Origin: Candidatus Berkelbacteria bacterium
GTDB lineage: Bacteria > Patescibacteriota > UBA1384 > JACPKC01
DNA length: 64,000 bases
NCBI GenBank assembly: GCA_016187225.1
Contig: JACPKC010000002.1
Span: forward strand, 3,387-67,386
Direction: 5' to 3'
Below, piece by piece: positions 37,254-47,131 of this stretch. The translations under genes and the position numbers were made by a program. A model generated the notes under the pieces. That model was not told the origin of the DNA. It saw nothing but the letters and a program-made list of their open reading frames with translations, and ran no database searches. Numbering within the stretch: the first letter of the stretch is position 1; the number at the start of each line of letters is the position of its first letter.

Positions 37254-38342
37254 ATGATCCTGGTCACAGGTGGAGCTGGCTACATTGGCGCAGTCGTTGT
37301 CCACCAACTCTTAGAGCGAGGCGAGGCAGTTCGGATTTTTGACAAACTTTTCTTTACCGAGGCGCCGCTCAAAGGGGTGCGTGACAAGATTGAGCTCGTC
37401 CAGGGCGATATTCGAACGATTGACCCCTCTGTTCTTGAAGGAGTAACCGCGATTATTCATGCCGCCGGACTTTCCAACGACCCGACGGCAGAATACAACC
37501 CGCAGGCGAACCACGAAATGAACACGGTCGCGACCGAACGTCTGGCCAAACTCGCTAAAAGCATGGGCATTAAGCGATTCATCTTTGCCTCGTCATGTTC
37601 GATTTACGACAAAGGTTTTAATGCCGAGGATATTCTGCAAGATGAAACGGCTGTGCTCAAACCTCGCGCCGCCTACTCGGTCTCGAAGTACCAGGCCGAG
37701 CAGATTCTTCTTAAAATGGCTGACGAGCATTTTAAACCAGTTATTTTTCGCCAAGGGACAGTCTATGGCTATAGCCCTCGGATGCGCTACGACCTGGTGG
37801 TCAATACATTCGTTAGAGACGCGCTGACCAAAGGTCGACTGACGGTTAACGCCGGTGGCGAAATGTGGCGGCCACTGATCGACGTCACCGACATTGGGCT
37901 TGCCTATCTAACCGCGCTAACAGTGCCAGTCGATAAAATCGGTGGGCAGATTTTCAATTTGAGTTACAAGAACTATCGCGTTCTTGAGCTTGCCCATTGG
38001 GTCCGTGAAGCGCTCAAAGACGAGGCCCATATTGATATCGACGTGGACTACACCAACTACAACACCCGTTCCTACCGAGTTTCCACGACGAAGACCGAGC
38101 GACTCCTCGGTTTCCGGCCCAAGGTTTCCGTTAAAGACTCGGTGCTCTACATGATTGAAAAAATCCGTGAAGAAAAAAAGACTGACTTTGAAAACCCGAT
38201 TTACTACAACATCAAGTGGATGACATTCCTCGATGAAACTGAACGATTGCTCAAAAAAATCGGCAGTGTCTATGACTTACCCGAGGCAGACAAGGCTACT
38301 CTTGGCGCAAAACTAGCAATTAAAGAGCCAGTCACCAAATGA
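37254..38342 (+). CDS. NAD-dependent epimerase/dehydratase (extended SDR)
   Basis: MILVTGGAGYIGAVVV ... YSVSKYQAE. Confidence 0.8.
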   Translation: MILVTGGAGYIGAVVVHQLLERGEAVRIFDKLFFTEAPLKGVRDKIELVQGDIRTIDPSVLEGVTAIIHAAGLSNDPTAEYNPQANHEMNTVATERLAKLAKSMGIKRFIFASSCSIYDKGFNAEDILQDETAVLKPRAAYSVSKYQAEQILLKMADEHFKPVIFRQGTVYGYSPRMRYDLVVNTFVRDALTKGRLTVNAGGEMWRPLIDVTDIGLAYLTALTVPVDKIGGQIFNLSYKNYRVLELAHWVREALKDEAHIDIDVDYTNYNTRSYRVSTTKTERLLGFRPKVSVKDSVLYMIEKIREEKKTDFENPIYYNIKWMTFLDETERLLKKIGSVYDLPEADKATLGAKLAIKEPVTK

Positions 38343-39238
38343 AGGCTCGCCCGACCATGATTATAGGAGCGAACGGCGCGCTTGGCTCCGATTTAGTACT
38401 TGCCTATGGCAACGAAGCTTTAGCCGTGACGCATGCCGAGTTAGAAGTTGGTGATGAATCGAGGGTGCAAGCCTATCTTAAAAAAGCGAATCCCCAAGCG
38501 GTAATTAATACCGCGGCTTATCACCAACTAGATGAGTGTGAACGCAACCCCGCTCAAGCTTTCGCCGTCAATGCGCTTGGCGCTTTATATGGAGCGCGCG
38601 CGTGCGCTGAAATTGGCGCCAAGTTTCTTTATGTGAGCACTGATTATGTCTTCGATGGCGCTAAGCAAAAACCTTATCTTGAAACTGACAAACCGAATCC
38701 AGAGAGTGTTTATGCCGTGAGCAAATTAGCCGGCGAACAATTTGCCCTTCATTACAACGACAAAGCTTATGTCGTCCGCACTTGCGGTCTCTATGGTGCC
38801 ACGCCTTCGCGTGTTAAAGGCACAAATTTTGTTTTGACGATGCTCAAATTGGCTCGTGAAAAGGGAATGGTCTCGGTAGTGGACGACCAGTTTATAACGC
38901 CAACCTCCACCCGCGACCTGGCAAATCAAATTAAGCGCATCCTTGAGGATGGCCAACCGGGTCTCTACCACGCAACCTCGGCCGGGAGTTGTAGCTGGTA
39001 CGAGTTTGCCGAAGCTATTTTTGTCGAGGCGTCAATGTCAATTGAGTTGAGGCGTAACCAAACTGATCTAGCCACTCTCGCTGTCAAGCGTCCCACCTAT
39101 TCTGTTTTAGAAAATCAGGCCCTTAAAGATCAGAGGATCGATATCATGCGTTCCTGGCGAGACGCGCTCAAAGACTATCTGCGCGATTTACTAGCCTCGC
39201 AATCTCCCCATGCCCCATCCGAAGCTCTCGCGGCTTGA
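38339..39238 (+). CDS. dTDP-4-dehydrorhamnose reductase-like NAD(P)H-dependent sugar reductase (RmlD family)
   Basis: MIIGANGALGSDL...VINTAAYHQLDECERNPAQAFAVNALG...YVSTDYVFDG. Confidence 0.7.
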   Translation: MKARPTMIIGANGALGSDLVLAYGNEALAVTHAELEVGDESRVQAYLKKANPQAVINTAAYHQLDECERNPAQAFAVNALGALYGARACAEIGAKFLYVSTDYVFDGAKQKPYLETDKPNPESVYAVSKLAGEQFALHYNDKAYVVRTCGLYGATPSRVKGTNFVLTMLKLAREKGMVSVVDDQFITPTSTRDLANQIKRILEDGQPGLYHATSAGSCSWYEFAEAIFVEASMSIELRRNQTDLATLAVKRPTYSVLENQALKDQRIDIMRSWRDALKDYLRDLLASQSPHAPSEALAA

Positions 39239-39947
39239 AGCCTACGTCGCTGGCCGTTTCGATGATCTAGCAGGTAATGCGGAGATGTTTCCGGAAGATC
39301 TCGCGCTAGATGATTGGCAGTGGCTGGCAGTTGTTAAAGTACTCGCTCCAATCAGCGGTCAGACTGTGCTCGATGCCGGTTGCGCTAAGGGGAAGTTCGT
39401 CGCTCGCCTTGAGGCGGAAGGAGCGAAAGCGATAGGAATCGACTTGAGTCCGGCTCTGCTTGCGGCGGCGCGAGCGCGCGGATTGAGGGCTAGATTTCTT
39501 GAAGGATCAGTCACCGCCTTGCCCTTTGAAGATGAGTCGTTTGACGCGGTGATTTGCATTGAGGTTTTAGAACATGTGCCGGAACTTGAGCGCGCGCTCA
39601 AAGAATTAGGTCGCGTCTTGCGGCCTGGCGGCAGTTTGGTGGTGATCGACAAAAATAGGGCTGGGCTTCACCCCGAGTGGCCGTATCCAGCCGCCCTTTA
39701 TAAATGGTGGGGAGAACGCAGAGGGCGCTGGATGTACTCACTTGACGCGCCGATTCAAGAGACATGGTTTACCGCAAGTGGATTGAAAGATATGCTTGCA
39801 AAACAAGTTGGCCCAACCGAAGTTTCGTTTCCTCGCCGTTTTACTCGGACCTTGACCGCTCGACTAACTCGCCTGTTACCTCTTTTGTCGTATGATCTTT
39901 TGTGGCATTCACAAAAACGAGTAAAGAATACATCTATTAAAGAATAA
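39210..39947 (+). CDS. class I SAM-dependent methyltransferase
   Basis: VLDAGCAKG...FDAVICIEVLEHVPELERALKELGRVLRPGGSLVV. Confidence 0.75.
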   Translation: MPHPKLSRLEAYVAGRFDDLAGNAEMFPEDLALDDWQWLAVVKVLAPISGQTVLDAGCAKGKFVARLEAEGAKAIGIDLSPALLAAARARGLRARFLEGSVTALPFEDESFDAVICIEVLEHVPELERALKELGRVLRPGGSLVVIDKNRAGLHPEWPYPAALYKWWGERRGRWMYSLDAPIQETWFTASGLKDMLAKQVGPTEVSFPRRFTRTLTARLTRLLPLLSYDLLWHSQKRVKNTSIKE

Positions 39948-39954
39948 CAGACTT

Positions 39955-41028
39955 ATGAATTGCCAAAAGATCACGAAGTGGCTACTCGATTGCCAGTTGA
40001 CGGACGGCCATTACGCTGGGGGATTACTTGAAGGCGAAGACGTGCGCACCGGCAACTACGAGTTCGTTTATTTTGAAACGACCGGGTATCTCCTCACTTA
40101 TTTAGTGAATGAATACCAGGCAACCCGTGAGGAGATTTTTTTACATCGGGCCAAGCAGGCCGTTCAATTTTTGACCGCAAATCTTACCCGTTGGGGACTC
40201 CCCTACACCCTTGATCCAAAGAGTAGCAAGCTAGATCGCCGAGTATTCACCTTTGATAACGCAATTATTATTAGTGGACTCTTGGATCTTTTCACTGTTA
40301 CCAAACTAACACGTTATCGGGCATTGGCTCTATTGATTTCCAGGCCGTTGATTAAATCGATGATTCGCACTGATGGGACTGTGCGGGCGTATCGTGATCT
40401 TCAGACAGGGCGAGTGACGCATTCGGGCACTGATTTTGCCACCGACGAGAGCTGTATTCATATTAAGGATTCGATCGCGCTCTTAAAGCTTGCACGGGCC
40501 ACTGGTCGAGGCAAATATCGTACACTGGCTGAACGGCTATTGGCGACCGCGCCCAGCTTTCAACGGCCAGACGGCAGTTTTCTGGTGCATAAGAACGGTA
40601 GTTTTGTTTTTTCCCATGCTCACTGCTACGCCACCGAAGGTTGTCTGTATGGTTACTTATCAACTGGGAGCAAAGAGTATCTCAAATGGGCGTGTGCCGC
40701 TGGCGATTACTTGAGTAGCGCTCAAGCCTGGACGGGGGGCATCTACCAATATGAACGATCTGGTCAAACAGCGGCTGATGCTACATCTCAAGCGATCAGA
40801 ATTTGGCGCTCGCTCGATTTAATCACCGGACGTCCCGCGTACGGAGCCAATATTAAGCGAGCATTGGCTTATCTTGATCGAATGCAAGCCGCTCAGGGTG
40901 GGCTTCGCTATACTCAAGGTCGCTTTTTGGGTCGCTCTCCTATCCTTTACACCTGGGTGTCGATGTTTGCCCGCTCCGCTCAATGCTTGACAGGATCTCC
41001 CGCGCCGCTCATCAATGAGATCTACTAA
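39955..41028 (+). CDS. hypothetical protein
   Basis: 357 aa with no motif I can assign. Sits inside the glycan operon. Confidence 0.45.
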   Translation: MNCQKITKWLLDCQLTDGHYAGGLLEGEDVRTGNYEFVYFETTGYLLTYLVNEYQATREEIFLHRAKQAVQFLTANLTRWGLPYTLDPKSSKLDRRVFTFDNAIIISGLLDLFTVTKLTRYRALALLISRPLIKSMIRTDGTVRAYRDLQTGRVTHSGTDFATDESCIHIKDSIALLKLARATGRGKYRTLAERLLATAPSFQRPDGSFLVHKNGSFVFSHAHCYATEGCLYGYLSTGSKEYLKWACAAGDYLSSAQAWTGGIYQYERSGQTAADATSQAIRIWRSLDLITGRPAYGANIKRALAYLDRMQAAQGGLRYTQGRFLGRSPILYTWVSMFARSAQCLTGSPAPLINEIY

Positions 41029-42185
41029 TGGGCTCGTCTTGTAATTCTCTGCAATGCATCCTCATGATTCCGCACGGAACCGATCCGTTTGTCGTTGTTC
41101 GGGGCGATGTGCTGGCTGACGCCTTGGGTCGGAAGCAGGGTGTCACGGCCTATACGCTCAAAATCAACTCTGGTCAACCCAAGACGCTCGGCGAGAAGGT
41201 CAAGTTTTTTTTTAGTAATCTGGCACGGCCGATTTCAGTCGTGCAAAACGACCTCAAAGATTACGATGTTATTGTTCCCTATCTCTTTTTACCCGTTGCG
41301 CCGTGGTCGATTTGGCTGATCCGGTTTTTCGCCCGCTGGCAAGTAAGCCGCGTGATTCAGCTTATTCAGCCAAAGTTCGTAATAAATGCGTCTTACTTTT
41401 CGTTTTCGGTTACTCCAAGCCGTTACTATCGCCTAATCTACGACCTGGTGGATGATTTCGACGGCTCACCGCGTGAAGGTTGGTTCGATCGATCAGTTCG
41501 TCAATTTGTGGGGCGCGAACTTAAGTCGGCTGATGAGATTTGGACGATCTCACTCGGCCTCATGTCTAAACTTAAGCAGGTTGGCTACCAAACGATTCGC
41601 TATGTGCCGAATGGCACCACGGTTGATAAATTTCGCACAGTTTCTGATACAAAAATTTCGGCCCTTCGGCGCAAACTTGGAGTCACAAATAAAACTGTGA
41701 TTGGATACATCGGCAACCATGCTTCTTGGTCTGGGATCGATTTTGTTCTTGATCTCGCCCGAAAGGTGCCTAAAAATTGGATTTTTCTCGTTGTCGGTGG
41801 TGGATCAGAAGTCGACAAGCACAAAGCGACTGCGCCAAAGAACATGAAATTTATAGGGCCAGTTTTACCTAGCGAAGTCGCAACCTATTTCCGGTTGACT
41901 GACATTGGCATTCTGCCATTTATTCGGATGCCGTTTACGGATAATGCGCTTCCAATCAAAGTGATCGAATATGGCGCGGCCCGCAAGCTCTTAATCGCCG
42001 AACGTCTAACCGAGTTGCAACGTTTAAGATTTCCTCACGTTGTATTTCCTAAACGCCGGTCGGTTGCCGCCTGGTTAGCCGCCTTGAAAACTACTCGCCG
42101 CACGCGGTGGCAGGCAGGCTGGGATCAAACAATTGAGGCCTTTGACTGGAACGAAATTGCCAAAAAGATCCCGCTTGATTATTAG
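41028..42185 (+). CDS. glycosyltransferase family 1 (GT4-like)
   Basis: C-terminal GT-B domain VIGYIGNHASWSGIDFVLDLARKVPKNWIFLVVGGG. Confidence 0.6.
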   Translation: MGSSCNSLQCILMIPHGTDPFVVVRGDVLADALGRKQGVTAYTLKINSGQPKTLGEKVKFFFSNLARPISVVQNDLKDYDVIVPYLFLPVAPWSIWLIRFFARWQVSRVIQLIQPKFVINASYFSFSVTPSRYYRLIYDLVDDFDGSPREGWFDRSVRQFVGRELKSADEIWTISLGLMSKLKQVGYQTIRYVPNGTTVDKFRTVSDTKISALRRKLGVTNKTVIGYIGNHASWSGIDFVLDLARKVPKNWIFLVVGGGSEVDKHKATAPKNMKFIGPVLPSEVATYFRLTDIGILPFIRMPFTDNALPIKVIEYGAARKLLIAERLTELQRLRFPHVVFPKRRSVAAWLAALKTTRRTRWQAGWDQTIEAFDWNEIAKKIPLDY

Positions 42186-42194
42186 TAAACACAT

Positions 42195-42938
42195 CTAATG
42201 CTTGGGTTTCCAAATCTCAATGACAGTCAGATGCCCGAATAAAGAGCGCGCCAGGTGGTGTTTAAGCGTATTGCGCCCAAACAGGTTCATGAGTCGCTTG
42301 CCGAGCGGTAGGAACCACCAGCCGACAACTGGGTTGTATGACCAAACTTTAGCCTGTGGGATTTGGGCGATTTGAACGAGGCGCCGGGCACGGGCTGGGT
42401 GGATATCATCTTCATAGCCGTAGACCCAGCGGCGAGTGATAATTAGGAGCGCTTTGGCGATTGTATAGGGCAGATCGAGTGGATTTGGCACGAGAATAAA
42501 CGTTACGCCGCCTGGCTTGGTAGCTCTATACATCATCTTCATGAGCGCGAGCTTGCCTTCATCGACAAAGTGTTCAATGACGCCGCCATTCCAAACTAAG
42601 TCGTAAGCGCCAAGAGAGTGTTTGAGCGCCAGAGCATCATCCTCGATAAGGGTTACGGGTAGATTCGCTTTGGCAAAAGCCTGACTTGCGAACTTGAGGG
42701 CTTTTGGCGAGAGGTCGAGGAGTGAAACTTGAGCGCCGGCGCGAGCGAGTTCGAGCGAGCTTAAACCAGAACCAGCGCCAACTTCAAGGACTGTTCGACC
42801 CGACCAATCTGGATATAGCGCCTTGACGGTCTCGACGTTGGCTTCGTTATCAACGCCGCTATAACTTTTGGGATCATAGTCTTGGGAGACAGCGTCCCAA
42901 ACTTCAACAACGTCAGCCTGTTGGTACTGATTTGCCAT
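42195..42938 (-). CDS. class I SAM-dependent methyltransferase
   Basis: VLEVGAGSGLSSLELARAGAQVSLLDLSP...GGVIEHF...TKPGGVTFILVPN. Confidence 0.75.
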   Translation of the reverse strand: MANQYQQADVVEVWDAVSQDYDPKSYSGVDNEANVETVKALYPDWSGRTVLEVGAGSGLSSLELARAGAQVSLLDLSPKALKFASQAFAKANLPVTLIEDDALALKHSLGAYDLVWNGGVIEHFVDEGKLALMKMMYRATKPGGVTFILVPNPLDLPYTIAKALLIITRRWVYGYEDDIHPARARRLVQIAQIPQAKVWSYNPVVGWWFLPLGKRLMNLFGRNTLKHHLARSLFGHLTVIEIWKPKH

Positions 42939-43023
42939 AAATTAAGGGTAAAGAGCAAAGAGTGATGAGTAAAGAGGTGCGTATGTGCTCGGTGCATTTG
43001 CAATCAAGTTGATCTGGTGCTTG

Positions 43024-43857
43024 TTAAATAGCGGCTGGAATTGGAGTGTGTTCGCCGCGCTCGGCGACGAGAAAAATCGTTTGGCGGCCAGAGGGCATGA
43101 GTTGAGAAGCTAGATAAAGCAGTCTGCCAATCGGTGATCGATCGGGGCGGTACCAAAAGGTCATTGCTTCGAGTGTAGTCAAGCCTGAATCGGCCAGGAG
43201 GCGTTTGAGTCGGCGAATATCATAATAAACGATGTGACCCCAGAGCCCATCCTCGCGATTTGCCCGACCGTCACCCCAATAACCCAAATCGCCATTGCCG
43301 CGAAGCAAGCTCAAACGTGAGCCAAGACTGGCTAAATTGGGAGTCGTGAGAATTATAATCCCGTTAGGCGCTAATCGATCGCGGATCGCTTCAAGAGAAC
43401 GCAAGAGGGTGGTGTGATCGAGATGTTCGGCAATTTCTGTAAACAGAATCACATCATAGATTTTGTCGCCATACAGCTTTTCATCCTCGGTGAAATCAGA
43501 CAGTTCGAGCTTAATTTCATACTCGGCGAGCATTTTTTTGAGAGTTTTATTTTCAAGATATGGGCTGGTCGGAGATTCAAAAACAGTCCAATCGATCGGA
43601 TAACGCTTAGCTAGATAACTGGCAATTGCGAAATCTTGGTGACCGCAAGCAAGTCCGGAGGCGTTCAGAATTCGGAGCTTGTCCTTGGATCTGATTCGGG
43701 CAAAATGCTCAATCGCATCGATGCTTTTAGCGTGGCGAATTGCGCTTGAATGCGCCCAGGATCGAGCTAAGGCGAGGTTAGCCTGACCGACAATTTTGCG
43801 TTCTACCAAATAGCAGAGAGGTTCAATTTCGTTAATGATGGCTTGCGTTGCTGACAT
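43024..43857 (-). CDS. class I SAM-dependent methyltransferase
   Basis: ILNASGLACGHQ ... YDVILFTEIAEHLDHTTLLRSLEAIRDRLAPNGIIILTTPN. Confidence 0.65.
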   Translation of the reverse strand: MSATQAIINEIEPLCYLVERKIVGQANLALARSWAHSSAIRHAKSIDAIEHFARIRSKDKLRILNASGLACGHQDFAIASYLAKRYPIDWTVFESPTSPYLENKTLKKMLAEYEIKLELSDFTEDEKLYGDKIYDVILFTEIAEHLDHTTLLRSLEAIRDRLAPNGIIILTTPNLASLGSRLSLLRGNGDLGYWGDGRANREDGLWGHIVYYDIRRLKRLLADSGLTTLEAMTFWYRPDRSPIGRLLYLASQLMPSGRQTIFLVAERGEHTPIPAAI

Positions 43858-43946
43858 ATTGGCACACCGTTATTTACGCGCGGGGCTCTTTACGACTATG
43901 GGGTTGCTTCGTTACGCTCGCCACGTCACATGTAAGGTAGTACAAG

Positions 43947-46058
43947 ATGAAACGAAGTACAATCATTGCGAAACGCCTGACGATCGGTCTTGATGGTCGA
44001 GCGTTCACTGAGCCACTCACCGGTCTGGGCCAGCTAGCGGCTGAAATTATTCTTGAACTTATACGCCGTCGGGATCGAATTATTATCTTTACAGATCAGC
44101 CGCCGCTTCCAGTTTATCGACGCTGGCTGGGTCGATCGGTGCGGTGGATCATTAGGCCCGCGCCTTTTCGCTGGTGGTGGGAGCTATTCACTTTGCCTCG
44201 TTTACTCCGTGCTTACCCCGTTCAGGTTTATCATGCAACTGGCAATCAGGGCGCGCCGCTCTTTGGATCAACGCCATCGGTGCTGACTGTTCATGATTTA
44301 ATTCCGCTCCGTCGCGCAACATCAGGCTCGCTGATCGACCGGCTATACGCTCGTTTTGTAACTCGCCCGCTTATCGCGCAAAGCGTACGGCGCGCTGTAC
44401 GCATCACCACGGTTTCACGTGCGACTCGGGCTGAATTGGTTGCTCAATTTCCGGCCATAACGCTTGAGAAACTTTCGGTCGTCTACAATGGTTTGCCGAC
44501 TCAAACTTATCCCGCGCTCGGACCAAAAAATAATTTTCATCTGCCCTTGGGTCCATACCTACTCTTTTTTGGCGGCTTCGACCGACGCAAGCAGATTCTA
44601 GAGCTCATCGAAGCTTTTGAAAGTATTGCTCGCAATCAGCCCAGTCTTTCACTTATTTTAGCGGGGCAGAAGAATCATTATTTCGAAACTGAAGTCGCAT
44701 CTCGTTTGGCGCGCTCGTCTTTGGCGAGGAGAATTATTTGTCCGGGCTACGTCGATGACCGCACGCTTAATCGTCTCATTAAAAAGGCGATCGCGATTAT
44801 TTATCCGTCGGCGGCCGAAGGTTTTGGTTTGCCGGTACTGCGTGCTTACGCCGCTGGCAAGCCGCTTGTTGCAACTGATCTACCATGTTTTCGCGAACTT
44901 CTTGGCTCAAAAGCGCCGCTCATATCATTGCCCGTCACGCCCGCCTCACTTGCCGCCGCGCTTGAAACGACTCTCGCGAATCCCGCAGAGAGCGCTCCAG
45001 TTAGAGATTCAAGGTTCTCCTGGCGTCGTTCGGCGCGTTTATTTCGTACGCTGTATCAAGAGGTATCAGTTCGAACGCCGCGCGTCGAATCGGCTTTGCG
45101 CCACCTTGCCACAACCTCGCAAGTAAAAACCCAACAAGTTTCCTTAATCGCAACTTTTTGGAATGAGGCTCACAGTATCGAAGCGTTTATCGATTCGATT
45201 GCCGCCCAAACTCGTCGACCCGATGAAGTTGTTTTAGTTGATGGCGGCTCAACCGATGACACTGTTGAGCGCATTCTAAAACGCAAAAAGCGAGAAAAAA
45301 ATCTCAAAATTCGTCTTGAGATCGTGCCCGGAAATCGATCAGTTGGTCGGAATCGCGCGATCGCGCTTGCCCGCTATCCAATTATTGCCGCGACCGACGT
45401 TGGTTGCACTCTCGCCCCAGAGTGGCTCGAAGAAATCATTCAGCCATTCGAGGAAAATCAGGCGACAGTTTGGGTGAAGGGCTGGTATCAAGTATTGGCG
45501 CACACGCCTTGGCAGAAAGTTATTGGTATCTTTCTGGTGCCGCCGCTTGGTCGAGTCAATCCAGTCAACTTTTTACCTTCGACGCGTTCAGAAGCATTTA
45601 CAAAAACGGCTTGGGCGCTGGCGGGCAAATTCGACCCACGCTTGAATCACAATGAAGACACCCCCTTTGCCCTGGAACTCCAGCGCCTCGGTGGCCATTC
45701 TGTCTTCACACCCTTTGCCTACGTTTATTGGGAACCGCCCGCGACGCCAACTGCAATGTATCGGGTTCTGCGACGTTACGCGGTGGGCGATGGCGAGTCC
45801 GGCGTCTGGACACTTCAATTTACTATCGCTTCTTTGCTTATCATTTTATCCTTGGGATTGATTACTCTAGGCTTACTGGGCTTGCAGTTCGCTTGGTTTG
45901 GGTTGGGATTGCTTTGGCTCATTTATCTTTTCGCGGTCTATCTGGATCACCCCAGGCTCCATTTGGCGGATTGGTGGCGGGTGGCGATTACTCGAATTCT
46001 GATTCTCGTCGCCATTATTAGCGGCTATATCAGTGGCTGGAGGAAAAGAATCAGATGA
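43947..46058 (+). CDS. bifunctional glycosyltransferase (N-terminal GT4, C-terminal GT2) with C-terminal TM anchor
   Basis: GT4: LLFFGGFDRRKQILELIEAF...PSAAEGFGLPVLRAYAAGKPLVATDL. GT2: VSLIATFWNEAHSIEAFIDSIAAQTRRPDEVVLVDGGSTDDT. Two C-terminal hydrophobic helices. Confidence 0.7.
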   Translation: MKRSTIIAKRLTIGLDGRAFTEPLTGLGQLAAEIILELIRRRDRIIIFTDQPPLPVYRRWLGRSVRWIIRPAPFRWWWELFTLPRLLRAYPVQVYHATGNQGAPLFGSTPSVLTVHDLIPLRRATSGSLIDRLYARFVTRPLIAQSVRRAVRITTVSRATRAELVAQFPAITLEKLSVVYNGLPTQTYPALGPKNNFHLPLGPYLLFFGGFDRRKQILELIEAFESIARNQPSLSLILAGQKNHYFETEVASRLARSSLARRIICPGYVDDRTLNRLIKKAIAIIYPSAAEGFGLPVLRAYAAGKPLVATDLPCFRELLGSKAPLISLPVTPASLAAALETTLANPAESAPVRDSRFSWRRSARLFRTLYQEVSVRTPRVESALRHLATTSQVKTQQVSLIATFWNEAHSIEAFIDSIAAQTRRPDEVVLVDGGSTDDTVERILKRKKREKNLKIRLEIVPGNRSVGRNRAIALARYPIIAATDVGCTLAPEWLEEIIQPFEENQATVWVKGWYQVLAHTPWQKVIGIFLVPPLGRVNPVNFLPSTRSEAFTKTAWALAGKFDPRLNHNEDTPFALELQRLGGHSVFTPFAYVYWEPPATPTAMYRVLRRYAVGDGESGVWTLQFTIASLLIILSLGLITLGLLGLQFAWFGLGLLWLIYLFAVYLDHPRLHLADWWRVAITRILILVAIISGYISGWRKRIR

Positions 46059-47131
46059 AAGTTCTTTTTCAGTGTCGAAAAAACTTAAACACCTACGCTG
46101 GCGGTGATCGCGTGCAAATTCTTGCTACTCAAGTCGCCTTGAAAAAATTAGGTATTGAGGCTCAACTCTCGCTCGGAGAGCCGCCAGCTTTGGACGGAAT
46201 TGATGTGGTGCATGTTTTTAATCCGCTCTTGGTCTCCGCGCGAATTCTCAAGCAGGCAAAAATCGCTGGCGTGCCAGTGGTCGTTTCCTCAATCTTTTGG
46301 CCAATGGGCGAGTATTTTCGTGCTTATAAAGATTTTACCCGTACCTTGATAACACTCCGACCCACCAACTGGGTTTCTGCCAGTCTTGAGATGGGCTTGC
46401 GTTATTTAACTTATACCTACGCTTGGAACCCATTTATCGAACATCGCCTCACTCACTTTTTGTCGCAGGCTGATCTTGTCCTGCCAAATTCAAGCGCGGA
46501 AGGCGAGATGATCGAGTCACGGTTAAAGGTTAAAACTCCTTGGCGAGTTGTGCCGAATGGCATCGATCCACTCTTAAAAGTAAAAAAGATGGTTTCACTT
46601 CCCTCTCTCTTGAAAAAAATAAAAAACTATATTCTCTGCGTCGGTCGTCTGGAGCTCCGAAAAAATCAGCATCTTTTAATTCAGGCGCTTTCGGGTATCC
46701 AGGTTCCTCTCGTTTTGGTGGGTAATCGAACCGTGAGCCCAAGTTACACCCGCGTCTGCGAAAAATTGGCGCGCCAGCACAATCAAACGTATTTTATCGA
46801 TCATCTACCTCAAGAAGCTTTGCCACTTGTCTACCAGCGAGCCCGTGTCCACGCTCTGCCTTCATGGTATGAAACGCCCGGACTTGCCTCGCTCGAAGCG
46901 GCGCTGGCCGGTTGTCGCATTGTGACGACCTCTACAGGCGGCCCGCGGGAATATTTCGGTAAAGAAGCATTTTATTGTCAGCCGAACGATCCTGGATCAA
47001 TCAAAAACGCAGTTTTACAAGCCCTAGCCGCTCCCATTTCATCTCGGCTTCAAGAGCGAATCAAGTTAAACTATACTTGGAAACAGACTGCTATCAAGAC
47101 ATTGGCAGGGTATCGGGCGGCACAACGCTAA
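46055..47131 (+). CDS. glycosyltransferase family 1 (GT4)
   Basis: ILCVGRLELRKNQHLLIQAL...PSWYETPGLASLEAALAGCRIVTT. Confidence 0.75.
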   Translation: MKVLFQCRKNLNTYAGGDRVQILATQVALKKLGIEAQLSLGEPPALDGIDVVHVFNPLLVSARILKQAKIAGVPVVVSSIFWPMGEYFRAYKDFTRTLITLRPTNWVSASLEMGLRYLTYTYAWNPFIEHRLTHFLSQADLVLPNSSAEGEMIESRLKVKTPWRVVPNGIDPLLKVKKMVSLPSLLKKIKNYILCVGRLELRKNQHLLIQALSGIQVPLVLVGNRTVSPSYTRVCEKLARQHNQTYFIDHLPQEALPLVYQRARVHALPSWYETPGLASLEAALAGCRIVTTSTGGPREYFGKEAFYCQPNDPGSIKNAVLQALAAPISSRLQERIKLNYTWKQTAIKTLAGYRAAQR

